Of a stretch of DNA of 64,000 nt, positions 47,500 through 60,466 are shown one piece after another; the stretch's first letter is position 1; the number at the start of each line of letters is the position of its first letter. The DNA is from Macrostomum lignano. Taxonomy: Eukaryota. The stretch is taken from positions 1,302,001-1,366,000 of the forward strand of contig NIVC01000023.1 in the NCBI GenBank assembly GCA_002269645.1, written 5' to 3'. The position numbers and the translations under genes were made by a program. The notes below the pieces were generated by a model that searched no databases, was not told the DNA's origin, and saw only the letters and a list, made by a program, of their open reading frames with translations.

Positions 47500-48082
47500 T
47501 ATAGCCCATATCTGCTGGATGAAGGAACAGAATGGATTGCTAATCTATAGCCATATCTGCTGGGTGAAGGAACAGAATGGATTGCTAATCTATAGTCATA
47601 TCTGCTGGGTGAAGGAACAGAATGGATTGCTAATCTATAGTCATATCTGCTGGGTGAAGGAACAGAATGGATTGCTAATCTATAGCCATATCTGCTGGGT
47701 GAAGGAACAATGGATTGCTAATCTATAGCCATATCTGCTGGGTGAAGGAACAGAATGGATTGCTAATCTATAGCCATATCTGCTGGGTGAAGGAACAATG
47801 GATTGCTAATCTATATCCATATCTGCTGGGTGAAGGAACAGAATGGATTGCTAATCTATAGCCATATCTGCTGGGTGAAGGAACAGAATGGATTGCTAAT
47901 CTATAGCCATATCTGCTGGGTGAAGGAACAGAATGGATTGCTAATCTATAGCCATATCTGCTGGATGAAGGAACAGAATGGATTGCTAATCTATAGCCAT
48001 ATCTGCTGGGTGAAGGAACAGAATGGATTGCTAATCTATAGCCATATCTGCTGGGTGAAGGAACAGAATGGATTGCTAATCT
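47500..48082 (+). repeat. 45-bp minisatellite, same unit as 1-306, forward orientation
   Basis: About 13 units. Confidence 0.95.
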
Positions 48083-49129
48083 AAGAATATATATAAGCAG
48101 TATTGCCTTGAGATAGGTCAGGCAAGAGATGGTTACTTAGGAATGACTATAAATAAACAAGAAAATGTTATGAAAATCTTGTCAAAACTTTTTGCTCGAA
48201 CCATCAGGGGTTTAGTTTAGCTTGCAAAGCAGCGGACGAACGAGGTGTCTCCATCGCTTTTTATCCAATGGAAAGCGGACGCTGAAGCCGATTATTTTTA
48301 TAATTTGGTTACTTAAAACTCTTGCAGACAGCAGAGACGGAGGTTTAAGCGATGCGGATAGGCAATAAGCGTGTCAATAAATTAGATTACAAGCAAGTAG
48401 GTAACAAACCATTAATTAGCATACAATGAAAGTGAGAATAATAATAATAATAATGACACAGCTGAGCAGGGGCAATTAATAAAGGATATTATATTCGAAC
48501 AACGCTACTAACCAGTGATCCAGTAAGTACGCTCGTAGCGAGTATAAAAAATTTAGCTTAACATTTAAAAAGAAGATTTTGACGAGACTACAGTATAATG
48601 GTAATTATTAATGAGCAAAATTAAGAGATATTTAATAATTAGCAAGTATGCAAAGTAAAACAAAACTACGAGCACGTTTTGCGGAACAATTAAGATTAAG
48701 AAAGAGCTCGAAATAGGGTGACGAAAGAACTATTTTTGAAAAAGTACATAAGCGCAACCTTCTACTGTTAGTGAATAATTAGCAAGTAGTATTTAAGCAA
48801 ACGTTACTTTATTTTAATTATTGTAACAGTTATAACTTAGTTGAATTTTGTGAGTGACACGAAAAAGGGACTTTAAGACAGCTAATCTTAAGCAAGTTAA
48901 TTATGTACTTCTACTAATGAAGAAAGCACAAAATAATTAATGCAATGGAGGATATGATGGGTAGGCTTACTAAATATGTTTTTTACAATACTTGTCCGTT
49001 TATAAAACAGTTTTCAGACAAATTATGACTTGACAGGAGCGTATGGTGGCCCGAACTCTGTTAACCAGCTGAGCAACCAACTTTATTCACCTTTATCAGA
49101 TAGATCTAGAAAGGTATATCCCGTTGCTA

Positions 49130-49590
49130 TGCAAAACTAACTAAAGGGAAATCCCGTTGCTATGCAGAACTAACTACAGGAAATCCCGTTGCTGTGCAGA
49201 TCTAACTACAGGGAGATCCCGTTGCTATGCAGATCTAACTACAGGGAAATCCTGTTGCTATGCAGATCTAACTACAGGGAAATCCTGTTGCTATGCAGAT
49301 CTAACTACAGGGAAATTCTGTTGCTCTGCAGATCTAACTACAGGGAGATCCCGTTGCTATGCAGATCTAACTACAGGGAAATCCTGTTGCTATGCAGATC
49401 TAACTACAGGGAAATCCCGTTGCTATGCAGATCTAACTACAGGGAAATTCTGTTGCTATACAGATCTAACTACAGGGAAATTCTGTTGCTATGCAGATCT
49501 AACTACAGGGAAATTCTGTTGCTATGCAGATCTAACTACAGGGAAATTCTGTTGCTATGCAGATCTAACTACAGGGAAATCCCGTTGCAA
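49130..49590 (+). repeat. 33-bp minisatellite (aaatcccgttgctatgcagatctaactacaggg)
   Basis: About 13-14 units. Confidence 0.93.
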
Positions 49591-50243
49591 TGAATAGTAA
49601 GTGGCTGCTAAGCGGTTTTATAACATAAGAGCTAAATAATAAATGAGCAATGAGAGCAGATGAGAAATAAGCGACAAAGCAAAGTGTGCAACCAACAACT
49701 CTGACATTGGCTAATTGAAATTGTCACGCTCCAAGCAAGGCTTACTGATTGCTTTTATTTTACAAGACAGGAGAGAAAAGATAGAAACATTTTTATGGAA
49801 GGCTTGGCTAGGAAAATCATAAACGCGCAGAAATACGTTATTAGTTTGTTACTGCAATGCTATTTAATATATTGGATGTGCATTAGTTAGTATTGATAAT
49901 TTCACTTATACTTATGCATTTACAGAGAGTAACTGGCTGAAAGAACTGAGTTCAATTGAAGAGATGCCGGTTGAAGACTTTTGGTTGCTAAGCAGTTGCT
50001 AGGGTTGGGTGGTGGTGTAGGGATTAAGCAAATACTGTACTTCTATCAGCCAATTCGGACTACTGCAATGAAAATCAGTGTTTTTAATAGGCTGACTTTC
50101 CAGGTAAATTTGTTTTACTAGGGTCGTTTAAATTTCATGAAAAATGTATTCATAGTTAAGAGTTGCAGTAGAAGTTAACCCAATTGTTTATTGTGTTCCT
50201 TGCGACACACTCCTTCGGTTACCAGGCTGATGCCTGTTTGGAT

Positions 50244-51446
50244 TTACGAAACATCTGCAATGCGAAACAGAGGAAAATGTATTTAATAACTGGATAAGCT
50301 GCTCAGTAGGAAGAATTTCCCAATCCAGCACACGGGATAGAACTGAAGAATTCCCCAGTTCAGCACACACGGGATAGAACTGAAGAATTCCCCAGTTCAG
50401 CACACACGGGATAGAACTGAAGAATTCCCCAGTTTAGCACACACGGGATAGAACAGAACTGAAGAATTCCCCAGTTTAGCATACGGGATAGAACTGAAGA
50501 ATTCCCCAGTTTAGCATACGGGATAGAACTGAAGAATTCCCCAGTTTAGCATACGGGATAGAACTGAAGAATTCCCCAGTTCAGCACACGGGATAGAGCT
50601 GAAGAATTCCTCAGTTCAGCACACGGGATAGAACTGAAGAATTCCCCAGTTCAGCACACACGGAATAGAACTGAAGAATTCCCCAGTTTAGCACACAGGA
50701 TAGAACTGAAGAATTCCCCAATCCAACACAGACCGACCCCAATTTTATTCCAACGAGCCGACAAAACCCAACTTACACGACATCGGCGCACCACTGTGCA
50801 TCCTATAGATTTGGTCGTGATTGAAGCGCAGGAAGGCGTCATATTGCTCCTGCAGTTTAGCGCTCAGCAAAGCTTGAAATTCTGTCCGAATCTGCTGCTC
50901 CCGCTCGGACAGAAGTTTCTCGGCAATCGACTGCACCTGCGACAGGGTGAACAGGGCCGGCTCGCCGCTTGGACCGGCCAAAGACGATCCTGGCGAACTG
51001 GAGGCCGAACCGGCCTTCACAGCGGATGCGCCGCAATGGGTGCACAGGGCAGCAGCCACAGTAGCAGTCGGCATCTCCGAGTCGCCGCCACTACCGCCTC
51101 CGTTCGGCGCCGAAGCCGCGGCCGCGGCAGCCGATGGAATCAGACGACGACGCTGCAGCCGTCGGATCTCGGCAGTCAGCCGTTGCGACAGCAGCTCAGG
51201 CGGCAGACGGGACGCCGGAAAATCCTGCGACTGATCGACATTCGACGGAGCGGCCGGAGGCGGCACGGACGTCAAAGCGCCGCAGGCGTTCGCAATGGAC
51301 GAGGAGCCAGCGGAACCGGGCGACATTGTTGAAGAATCCGGCGACGGCGGGCTGCGACTGCCGCAGTGATGAAATCTGCGCCGCTTTGCCGACGTCACGG
51401 AGGAAGCCTCGTGGTCCAGCGATCGTTTCAGAGTAACGCAAGCCAT
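50244..51446 (-). CDS. akirin: Akirin, 226 aa
   Basis: join(50777-51446, 50244-50254). N-terminus MACVTLKRSL..KRRR (NLS); conserved LFTLSQVQSIAEKLLSEREQQIRTEFQALLSAKLQEQYDAFLRFNHDQI. Donor T|gtaagt and acceptor cattgcag|AT GTT TCG TAA complete the family C-terminal SYVS. Confidence 0.95.
50330..50720 (+). repeat. 31-35-bp minisatellite (gggatagaactgaagaattccccagttcagcacac) in the akirin intron
   Basis: About 11 units, most with an internal GAACTG..CAGTTC inverted repeat. Confidence 0.9.
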
Positions 51447-53525
51447 GCCCTCAGGTTGTCGCTTCGCTCTAATAACTATAATAAACCGCCCGACTGATGC
51501 TTATTCAAATGCTTGTGCTAATCCGATCGCTTGTGGAATCGTTTCTCGCAGTAACGTTTATTGAGAGAGAGAGAGAGAGAGTTGAATGTCTGAAATGAAA
51601 ACTTCTCCCGCAACTATCACCATAGACATATTTGCAAATAAGACTTTAAAATTAATTAGATTGAAATACCCAGGGATGTTTCTTTTGTGTCAAAGAGCTA
51701 AGTCTGTGGATCACAAAGAAGCTTGTTGTATTGCATGGCCATAATCACAATGTTACTAAGCTACAAAAGATATCATTAGGGCTTCTGATCAAGTAAGATG
51801 CATATTCTGTTCTTCCATGATTATTTTAAGTCAGGGCAAACTTAAAGTATTCATATTAGTAGGGACTTCAGCGAAATATATAGAAATGTGACCAAAATGA
51901 AAAAATGTGAAAATGTATTTTCTTGTTTAAAGAATAACCTAAATAACTAGAAATGTCTCTCCATCCCTTGGGTTCCTTCAATTTATGTCAAATTTGAAGT
52001 CAATTGCTTCACATGGAATAAACTTATGACAGCCAAAAGTTCATCAACTTGAAAACCCTTTTTTCCATATCTTGCCAGAAAGGGAAGGAAAGAGAGGCAG
52101 AGGTTGGGATGGCGATATACTGACAAAGAGCAGACTAACTTTAAAAGTGCACAGTGCCATTGAGGGTTAACTTTGAGATTCAAAATTTTACAAAATGGCA
52201 TCTTATTAGTTGGAGATTTTTTGTATCAAATTTGAGGGGGTTGATAAATGTAAAGGAACAATTTTACAATTTGATGAAAAATTATTCTTTTTAGTTGTTT
52301 TTGCACTCTTAGGTAGGAAAAGTTAAAATTAGGAAATTTTAAGGAAGCCTAGGACATTCTCTGTAGTGAATTTAAGTCAGGTACAAAATATAGGTTGTCA
52401 TTAGTTTAGTTTAAACAGTTTGGGAATCCATTGTGAACAAATTTATATATACATATAGAATAATTGTTTTATTTTTAAAAGGTGTAGATAAAAAACTATT
52501 ATCAAAGATAGGTTTATGGTGTTTTGTCTAAAAGCTTAATATTAAATAATCATTGTTTTTCTCTCTATTATCATCATTGTATATATATTCAAAAAGTAAT
52601 AATATTAAAATTGATGGATAGTGTAAACAGTCCTATTAGATGCAAATTAGGCTGAATCTTGAATATTGATAATATCTCAATTATATTAAAAATATTTGAG
52701 TCTCAAAAATCTTGAAATAATTTTTAGAAATGCTAAACAAATAATATAAAAATCTAAATGACATTAATTAATATTATTATATTAACCTTGTCATTATATT
52801 TATAATGAATTTTAGCTTAAAAACACATTTTATTCAATTTTGCCCTTTAATTCAACATTATTAGCTAGTCATAAAATGGGACCTCTTAGCCTTTATACTA
52901 AACTAAAGTTTTGACTCCCTAACTAATGATATAAAGTAGCTTTTTTTGCCCTTTGCCTCCTATAAGTTAACTTAGACCTATGACTTTTGGTAAAATTTTG
53001 AAAACTATGATTAGGAATTAGGACCTAGTTTTGCATAAGCAGTAAATTGAAAGTAAAAAAATTGAGTGTCGGTCATATTAAACTTTGTTTTTCTGAAGTT
53101 TGATTTTGGAAAATCTTAATTGCAATTTTGGAAAGTTAGCGAATTTTGATTTCAATGAAATAGAACATCTCTAATAATCTTTAAGTGTGGTAAAATAGTT
53201 TGACTCTTTTTTAAAGCACACATCCATGGGTTTTTAACATTTATTCCAATAGGGGATACAAGGGGTATCCTAGATATAGTGTCATGTTTGCTTACTTCTA
53301 TATTAATGTGTAATATTAATGTGTATTAAAAAATCATATGCCTTAAAAGTTAGCAGCTTATTTTGGCTTTTATGCCACAAACGTCCAATTTTTATAATTG
53401 TTTCCTATTGTAAGAAGCATGCATTTGTTTGTATACCTTTGGCCATAGAAATATATACCATATAGTGCTTTTATGCTCATTTAGAAAAAAGCCACAAGTA
53501 GAGCTGATCAAACGCAGAGTTTCAA

Positions 53526-55476
53526 GACAGCTATAAGATTTGTTCTAGTCATGGATCCTAATATTCAGAGCCTCTTCATATTGCTGGTTTGAAACATTGA
53601 ACCGGTTCCAAACCAGTTTGACACTCTTTATATTGATGGTTTGAAAAACAAAATCAGTTCCAAAATATCATTTTGGTTCTGGAATATGGTTCAAGAAATT
53701 TTCTTGAACTGTTGTCATGTTTACACTTTTTGCAGTCAAATATATTTGAAATCGTCCATTTTTTATTATTGTTATATAATTATTCATTTTTTGTCATATC
53801 CAAGAGGAAACAAGGTCAAAGAAGGACAAAATTAAATTGTAAAGACTATCAAACATTAAAGGCAGTGCTTATCCCCACGGTACCGTAGGAATAATTTCTG
53901 TCTTATTCCAACGGTACCGTGCGAATAATTTTCTGCTTATCCGCACGGCACACTGACGAGATAGCTGCCCTATCTTCTACATATGCCGTGGGAATAATTT
54001 TCTGCTTATCCGCACGGCACACTGACGAGATAGCTGCCCTACACGTCCTCTGCTTTATTCCCTCTGCTTTACTAGCTGCCCTATCGGTTTTTATCTGCTA
54101 CATATATATGCTGTGCGTGAATAGTTTATAGCTTATTGAAAGGGAATTTGAACTGAGGATACTAAGAAGCTGTTGATCTTGATGTATAAACTCGAATCAG
54201 TTCTAGACTAGTATATGCATGTGTAAATGCATGTTATTCTGCTTTACTGATACCCTTCTGTATACTTATTCAACAATAATTCAACAAAGTTGTTATACTG
54301 CACTCAAATCGTATGTACTAAACTTCCCACACGGCATATGTAGAAGATAGGGCAGCTATCTCGTCAGTGTGCCGTGCGGATAAGCAGAAAATTATTCGCA
54401 CGGCATATGTAGAAGATAGGGCAGCTATCTCCTCAGTGTGCCATGCGGATAAGCAGAAAATTATTCGCACGGTACCGTTGGAATAAGACAAAAATTATTC
54501 CTACGGTACCGTGGGGATAAGCACTGCCAACATAAAATGGGTTCGAAGCTCCTCATTTTACACTGGATCTGGTTCTAGAACTTGAATTTATTCTGGTTCT
54601 AGAACCGATTGCCATGAAGAGGCTCTCACTCTACAAAAGGGCAAAAACATACAATTTTTATACTTTGAAGTCTTGGTCAAAAATGCCTTGATAGTTGATA
54701 TTCATGAAAACCTGACCTATAATTCATGGTCTTGACTCCCAATAGGCCCCCCTACCATCAGTCAACGAATAGGGGGCCTAGTTTATAGGTGGATTGAATA
54801 GTTTAATTAAGGCTAGGCCTAGCTAGGGATCCTAAAATTTTTGTCAACTTTTTTTGACAACTGAGAGTTGATAAAATTCATTGGTAGTTAGAATGTTCAT
54901 CAATTACCAATAAGAACAATGGAATCTTTGTCAATTACCAATGAGAAATATGGAATTTTTGTCAACTGAGTGCTATTGGATGCGCTTTAACTTTAAGTTA
55001 CATGATATGTATTAAGTAAATTTATTAAACTTTATTGCCAATAATTACTTTGTGGGAATTAAACTTGCCAGTCTATAAATACCTAGGTCTCAGCTCTCAG
55101 TTTGAAATATGAGGTGACGAAGTCGTGCAGACACCAGGCAATTCTTGTTGGCTGGGCTCACTTAGCCGAGAGGAGAGAAACTTAGAGATTCTTGCTCAAA
55201 CCATTATTGTAATTATAGTCACTGACGATGCTTGCAGTTGCAAACTGCGTGCGAGGCTTAAATGCATAATTCACACGCGGGAATTAAGCCAATTCTGTGG
55301 AACTTTCGACAACAGGCAGTGGAAGATTTGGAATATTTATCAATTGCAGAAATAAGGGTTGGAACATTCGTCAACCAAGTTGACAAATATTCCATAAACC
55401 CTAGCAAGCAATATGTTGCCAACTTACCTAAGTTAGGAACTTAGGGTCCATGACTAGAACAAATCTTGCAGCTGCC
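53526..55476. mobile_element. Older inverted-repeat element(s) hosting the 53861-54528 MITE
   Basis: gacagctataagatttgttctagtcatggatcctaa (53526-53561) is mirrored at 55441-55476; cagagcctcttcat (53566) is mirrored at ~54613-54626. No clean TSD. Confidence 0.5.
53861..54528. mobile_element. MITE, 668 bp, with long internally repeated TIRs (Mutator-like)
   Basis: TIR GGCAGTGCTTATCCCCACGGTACCGTAGGAATAAT.. mirrored at 54330-54528; flanks aacattaaa / aacataaaa (9-bp TSD with one mismatch). Confidence 0.8.
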
Positions 55477-56626
55477 CCTTGTAGGACACCCCTTGACCTT
55501 GTATCAGGATCAAAAAAATGAAAAAACCTTTTAAAATTATGATCCATTAACAACATTGCCAATTAATCAACTCAATTACATTTAAAATATTAAAACTAGG
55601 CCTCAGTCTCCAGGCTTAACTAGGCCAATTTAACTATTAATCATATTCATAGGCTTAGACTCATACTCATAGACATGTCATTCATAGACTCATAGACATA
55701 GGCATAGACCTAGCCATAGGGCATACATACATACATAGCCATATAGGTCTAGCTATTTATATAATAGGTCAATAGCCAATAGCAATACACTGGTATATTA
55801 ATGAATTAGGACTATGGGTATATGGCTACGCCTTCGTTTGTCTATATATATCAGGCTTTGCGTCTCAGTGGGGGTGAAGTGTGATGAACGTGAACGAGCG
55901 ACGGGTGATACAGAAGACTTTTTAAAAAGTTTTTATATCATTTTAAATAAACTCTTTGAAATTATTTTTTATTTTTGAAAAAGTAAAATTTTCCCATTAA
56001 GTTTTATTTACAGCAAAATATTTAAAGCAAAGTAAGCCTGCTTTGTTTTAATAATCCTTGGCTTTAATAAAAACCGGTGTGGTGTGCTTGCAAAAGCTGT
56101 CAAAACGGCGCCCGACCTTCTTTGTGATTGTGCCAGTCGGAAGGCATTATTGATGTTATTTTTATATCTCGAAATTACTATCTCCTAAACTTAATGTTCA
56201 AAAATTAATTTATCTGCCCCGATTAACAAGCGCCATGACTTTCCATGAGTTTTTGAGTTGTAATAAGACATTAGTGAAAGTTTCTGATTCTAAATCTTGC
56301 CATAGAGACACTACACGTCTAGTCTACACGTCTTTATGCAGTTTTTCGGTAAGCGCTCACATTTTAGCTTTATTATAGTTTATACTTTCTAGGATGTTTT
56401 TATTTCTAAAGATGTTGGGGTAGTAATTATAAAGTTCTGGTCTGCAAAATCTTTAGTAGTATTAGTAGGCCTATATATAAGAGCCTAATTTTTCATCTAC
56501 TAAAATTCGGATGCGGAATGTTTGCTAAAAAGTGGGGCTTTCTTTAGTTTTACAATCACGTAGCAGTATCCATCTAGGATAAAATTAAAATTAACTTAAA
56601 ATTACTCTTAAAATCAAACTTCAAAA

Positions 56627-58478
56627 CATACTATGCGCTGCGCAACCCCCCTGGTTTACACTGGCCATGCGCCACAGTCAGGAAGGTGGCAGAGTGTGCG
56701 CCGGAACAAATTTTGGCCTCTCCCAAAATTGTGCGCCGTGCGCCGACACAAAAACCCTCGTGTGCGCCGTTGTGCGCCCGCCACTACCTGCCTTGCGACA
56801 ATAAAAGACCTTTTTTTACAACATAGCAACAATTTTTGTGCGCCAATATACGGGACGGTTACGGGCTATCTATATTATATTATGAGAAATTGAGATCTGA
56901 AAATAGAAATAGAAATTCGAAAATAGAAATTTAAAAAATTTTTAATTTAATTTCTAATTTTTAAAACAAAACAAACATAAAAAGTAAGCAAATGGCAAAA
57001 ACAAAGGTAAAAAGGAAAAGGAAAATATTTTATTTTATTTTTTTTTGGTAGAATGCAGTGTTACATTAGATAGAACAGTGAATAGTGTACTGTAACAAGT
57101 AACGACTTACATCGTTACATGGGATCGCCACAAGGGTAACGCTGCATGTGGCGCGGCGCCCGCCGCGCCACGCCGCCATGCGCCGGTGTCCTCTGGTGTG
57201 CGCCGTTGTGCGCCGCTGTGCGCCAGTGTGCCGCTGTGCGCTGTTGTGGCGCGCCGCTGTGCGCCGTTGTGCGCCGTTGTGTGCCCAAAAAGGGCTTGTG
57301 TGCGCCGGAATTTTCCGACCAAACTGCCACCTTCCTGACTATGGGCCATGCGACTTACTTTTTGACCAAAAATGCGACTTACCTGTGAAAGAAACCCTGG
57401 AGCAACATTAACGCAATTTTGGGTAAACGGCAAGAGTAACTATGACTCTCTTTTAAGGGCTAAATGTTTCGTCATCTAATTAGTACTACGTCTGTATTCT
57501 TTGCGGTGGGCATTTTTGTGACTTACCCCTGGTCCACCACAATTTACGGTGGCCAGATCGGCCAGGTTGGCCAGCAGTTGCGCATGTATGTTCAATTCCG
57601 TCCGACCTCTACTTTTTACACGTGATATATAATTATTTCTTAGGCCTATTCCAAATTTCCTGGGTGTATCAAAAATGAGAGAATTTCAATATTTTTGTTT
57701 TAAATCCCAGAAACTTCTTTAAGACAGTTTTTATCTATGCAGAGTTGCATATACAAGTCATTTGTAGCACTAGTCAGCAGCTCAGTCTATAATTTTGGCC
57801 CTATTGTCTAAGACCTCTTGCAGCCAATATTGAAAAGCCCAATATGTCCTCACAACAAATTGAACAAAGTCCTTAAACATGTTAAGTTTTTTTTATTAAA
57901 ATAAAATAATAAATTAAATTAAATTTTTAATAATACTAAATCTTGAAGTGTGGCCGCAGTTAAATATATAGCTATAGTATATTTTTAATATTCAAACTTA
58001 CAGATTATTACCAATTTTATAGTCCTTACTATAAGAAGTTTGCCATGTTTTTGTTAATATATAATATATCTTTAAGGACAAAGTGGAACAATAGGATAAG
58101 TATTATGTTTTTTTTTTGTTTATGTATTTAACCTAAATATTAAGAACTAAGAAGTTTATTGGGCTATATTTAGTTTAGTTGTTGCCTTGTTAAGTAGGGA
58201 ACATACATGCGCAACCCCCCTGATTTACACTGGCCATGCAACTTACTTTTTGACCAAAAATGCGACTTACCTGTGGAAGAAACCCTAGAGCAACATTAAC
58301 ATAATTTTGGGTAAACGGCAAGAGTAACTATGACTGTCTTATAAGGGCTAAATGCCTCGTCATCTAATTAGTACTACGTCTGTATTCTTTGGGGTGGGCA
58401 TTTTTGCGACTTACCCCTGGTCCACCACAATTTACGGTGGCCAGATCGGCCAGGTCGGCCAGCAGTTGCGCATGTATG
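56627..58478. mobile_element. Composite DNA element: two direct copies of a ~280-bp TIR module around a ~610-bp spacer, with one outer 8-bp TSD
   Basis: Module A 56627-57590 (with an insertion) and module B 58202-58478, each bounded by CATAC..ATGCGCAAC / GTTGCGCATGTATG. CTTCAAAA lies at 56619-56626 and 58479-58486. Confidence 0.75.
56672..57344. mobile_element. MITE, 673 bp, 8-bp TSD (hAT- or P-like), nested in module A
   Basis: TIR CCACAGTCAGGAAGGTGGCAG / CTGCCACCTTCCTGACTATGG; TSD GCCATGCG; module B shows the empty site; many subterminal TGCGCC motifs. Confidence 0.9.
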
Positions 58479-58671
58479 CTTCAAAATAGGACCACTTCCA
58501 AGTGCAATAGGCCTATTGTAGCATCAACTTCTGTGTTTAGTTAGGAATTTAGCTTATATTCACATATTCATGTATATTCACAGCATCCTCGCTGGCAGTT
58601 ATAGAATTATAATGTGGAGCACCAAAATGGTTGCTCCAGATTATCTAGAGGACTGTTTAGGCCATAGTCAG

Positions 58672-59265
58672 CCACACTCAGGAAGGTGTACATTATGGCG
58701 GAAAATTCTGGCACACATCAACAAAAAATGTGCGCAAAATGGCGCATGCGGCGCACAACAAAGGCTTAGCAAAAGTTTTTAGCGCACATTGGCGCACAGC
58801 AAAACCTGATCAGAAAAATTTAGCTCACAATGAGTCACCTAAATGTATAATCTGCATATGCAGTGCGTAAAATATGCTTTAAGATTTTGTTTTTTCCAAG
58901 CATATCAATAAAAAAATTGTTTCTTGGTAAGTGAAACGAATAATAAAATTCAAAATGGGATTTTACCGTAAAGATAAAGCTATTTCTTTTGACAATTTTC
59001 TATGTGAGCTAAAATAAAGCAAAAGTTTTGAGTTGAAAAAAGCCTATATAAGGTACAAAAATTTAACCGTGTTTTTTGTTTTGTTTTAATTGGACTTTTA
59101 CCGAGTTTTTAGTGCTACGGCATATTAGTACTCTAGCTATGTATTTGTCAATAAACAAATATAGAACTCAGCGCACAAATACCCATTTTAGCTTCGCGCA
59201 CAGCGCACACTCCAAAAATACGCTGAAATATATTCCCACGCACACGTGACACCTTCCTGAGTGTA
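58672..59265. mobile_element. Related MITE (CACACTCAGGAAGGTG TIR, GCGCA motifs)
   Basis: cacactcaggaaggtg (58673) and caccttcctgagtgt (~59250-59264); the TSD is not clean. Confidence 0.6.
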
Positions 59266-59496
59266 CTATTAGTCAGGACCAGTGTGTGGATCATATACCC
59301 GTGTATGCTGGACAAAATTTGGGCATCAATGACTTTGTACACCAGTGTACGCCAAAAACAAAAAGTTGCACTAAAATATATGCCAAAAATTCCTAAAAAA
59401 CGTCCTTTCATTTTCAGTTTTTGGTTTCATATGAAAGGCTAAGTGCTAGGCCTATTAAAATTCGGAGTACTTATATAGGCATGGTGGCCATGTCTA

Positions 59497-60137
59497 TAGT
59501 GTTCCGCCGTAAGGAGGGTCCATGTACCGTAGCCGTAGCCGTAAGCAAAACTATGGCTTATTCCAATTCTCCGTATCCGTAGCCATAGGGAACCAAAATT
59601 ACTATATTCCTGTAGTTCCCATAGCCGTAGCCGTAGTTTTAACAAAAAGACTAAAAAGTAAAATATTTTGAATCAAGATGATAACCTAGTGCTTAAACAA
59701 CTGCAAATTAAATTAGAAAATAAAAGAAACACTCAATTGCCTTTGTAAGATTATATTTCGTCTTTTTTCAGAGCAACAATACTTAATCGTTACTGAAAGT
59801 ACTAACGCTAATTTTTTTCACATTAATAAAAATTAGAGTTTGCTAGTGTTTTATTGTACCTTTTTAGGTATATTTTATAAGTTTCTAGGTTGATAATACA
59901 GTTTACTAAACATATATTTGTTTTACTCTACCTGTTTCTAAGAATTTTTCAATTTTTAACATTAATAATTATGGCTATGGGAATCTACGGAATGTGACAG
60001 CAAATGCCATATTTCCGTAGTCGTAGCCGTAAGAGCAGCTAGCTACCGTAGGCGTATCCATAGCTGCCGTAGGCACCTATTTTACCGTATTTGCCGTAGG
60101 ATCCCGTAGCCGTAGCTACGGCTACGGCGGAACACTA
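59497..60137. mobile_element. hAT-type MITE, 641 bp
   Basis: TIR TAGTGTTCCGCCGTA / TACGGCGGAACACTA; perfect 8-bp TSD CATGTCTA; subterminal CCGTA repeats. Confidence 0.92.
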
Positions 60138-60466
60138 CATGTCTATAATATTTGAGCTTATAGGCACGGCAATAATCATTGATATAAAATGCATGTTCTG
60201 TAGGGCTTTTTCACAAGCAATTAGTAGCTTAGTGCCAGGATGGAATTCTTGTATTTCTTAAGTCAAACAGAGTTATGCAATTTTTTTATGGCACGCAAAA
60301 TATTTTTTATTGGTCACATTTTTTATTTTGGTACTTAGCATGTCGCAAAATGGTAAAAACAAGTTTTTTAATGGCTTAGCTACTGCCTAAACCTATAAAA
60401 GCTTCATCAATGGTCAATGAATAATAAATAAAAATTGTAGCTAGAGTAAAAATTGAAATATGACTG

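Noticed and set aside
53950-54040. CTGACGA followed by a hairpin, resembling a hammerhead
   Set aside because: No GAAA after the stem; the motif is part of the MITE's repeated TIR.
54744-54784. GC hairpin followed by CTAGT, like a Helitron 3' end
   Set aside because: The loop is too long, there is no spacer before CTAG, and no matching 5' TC end or Rep/helicase sequence is present.
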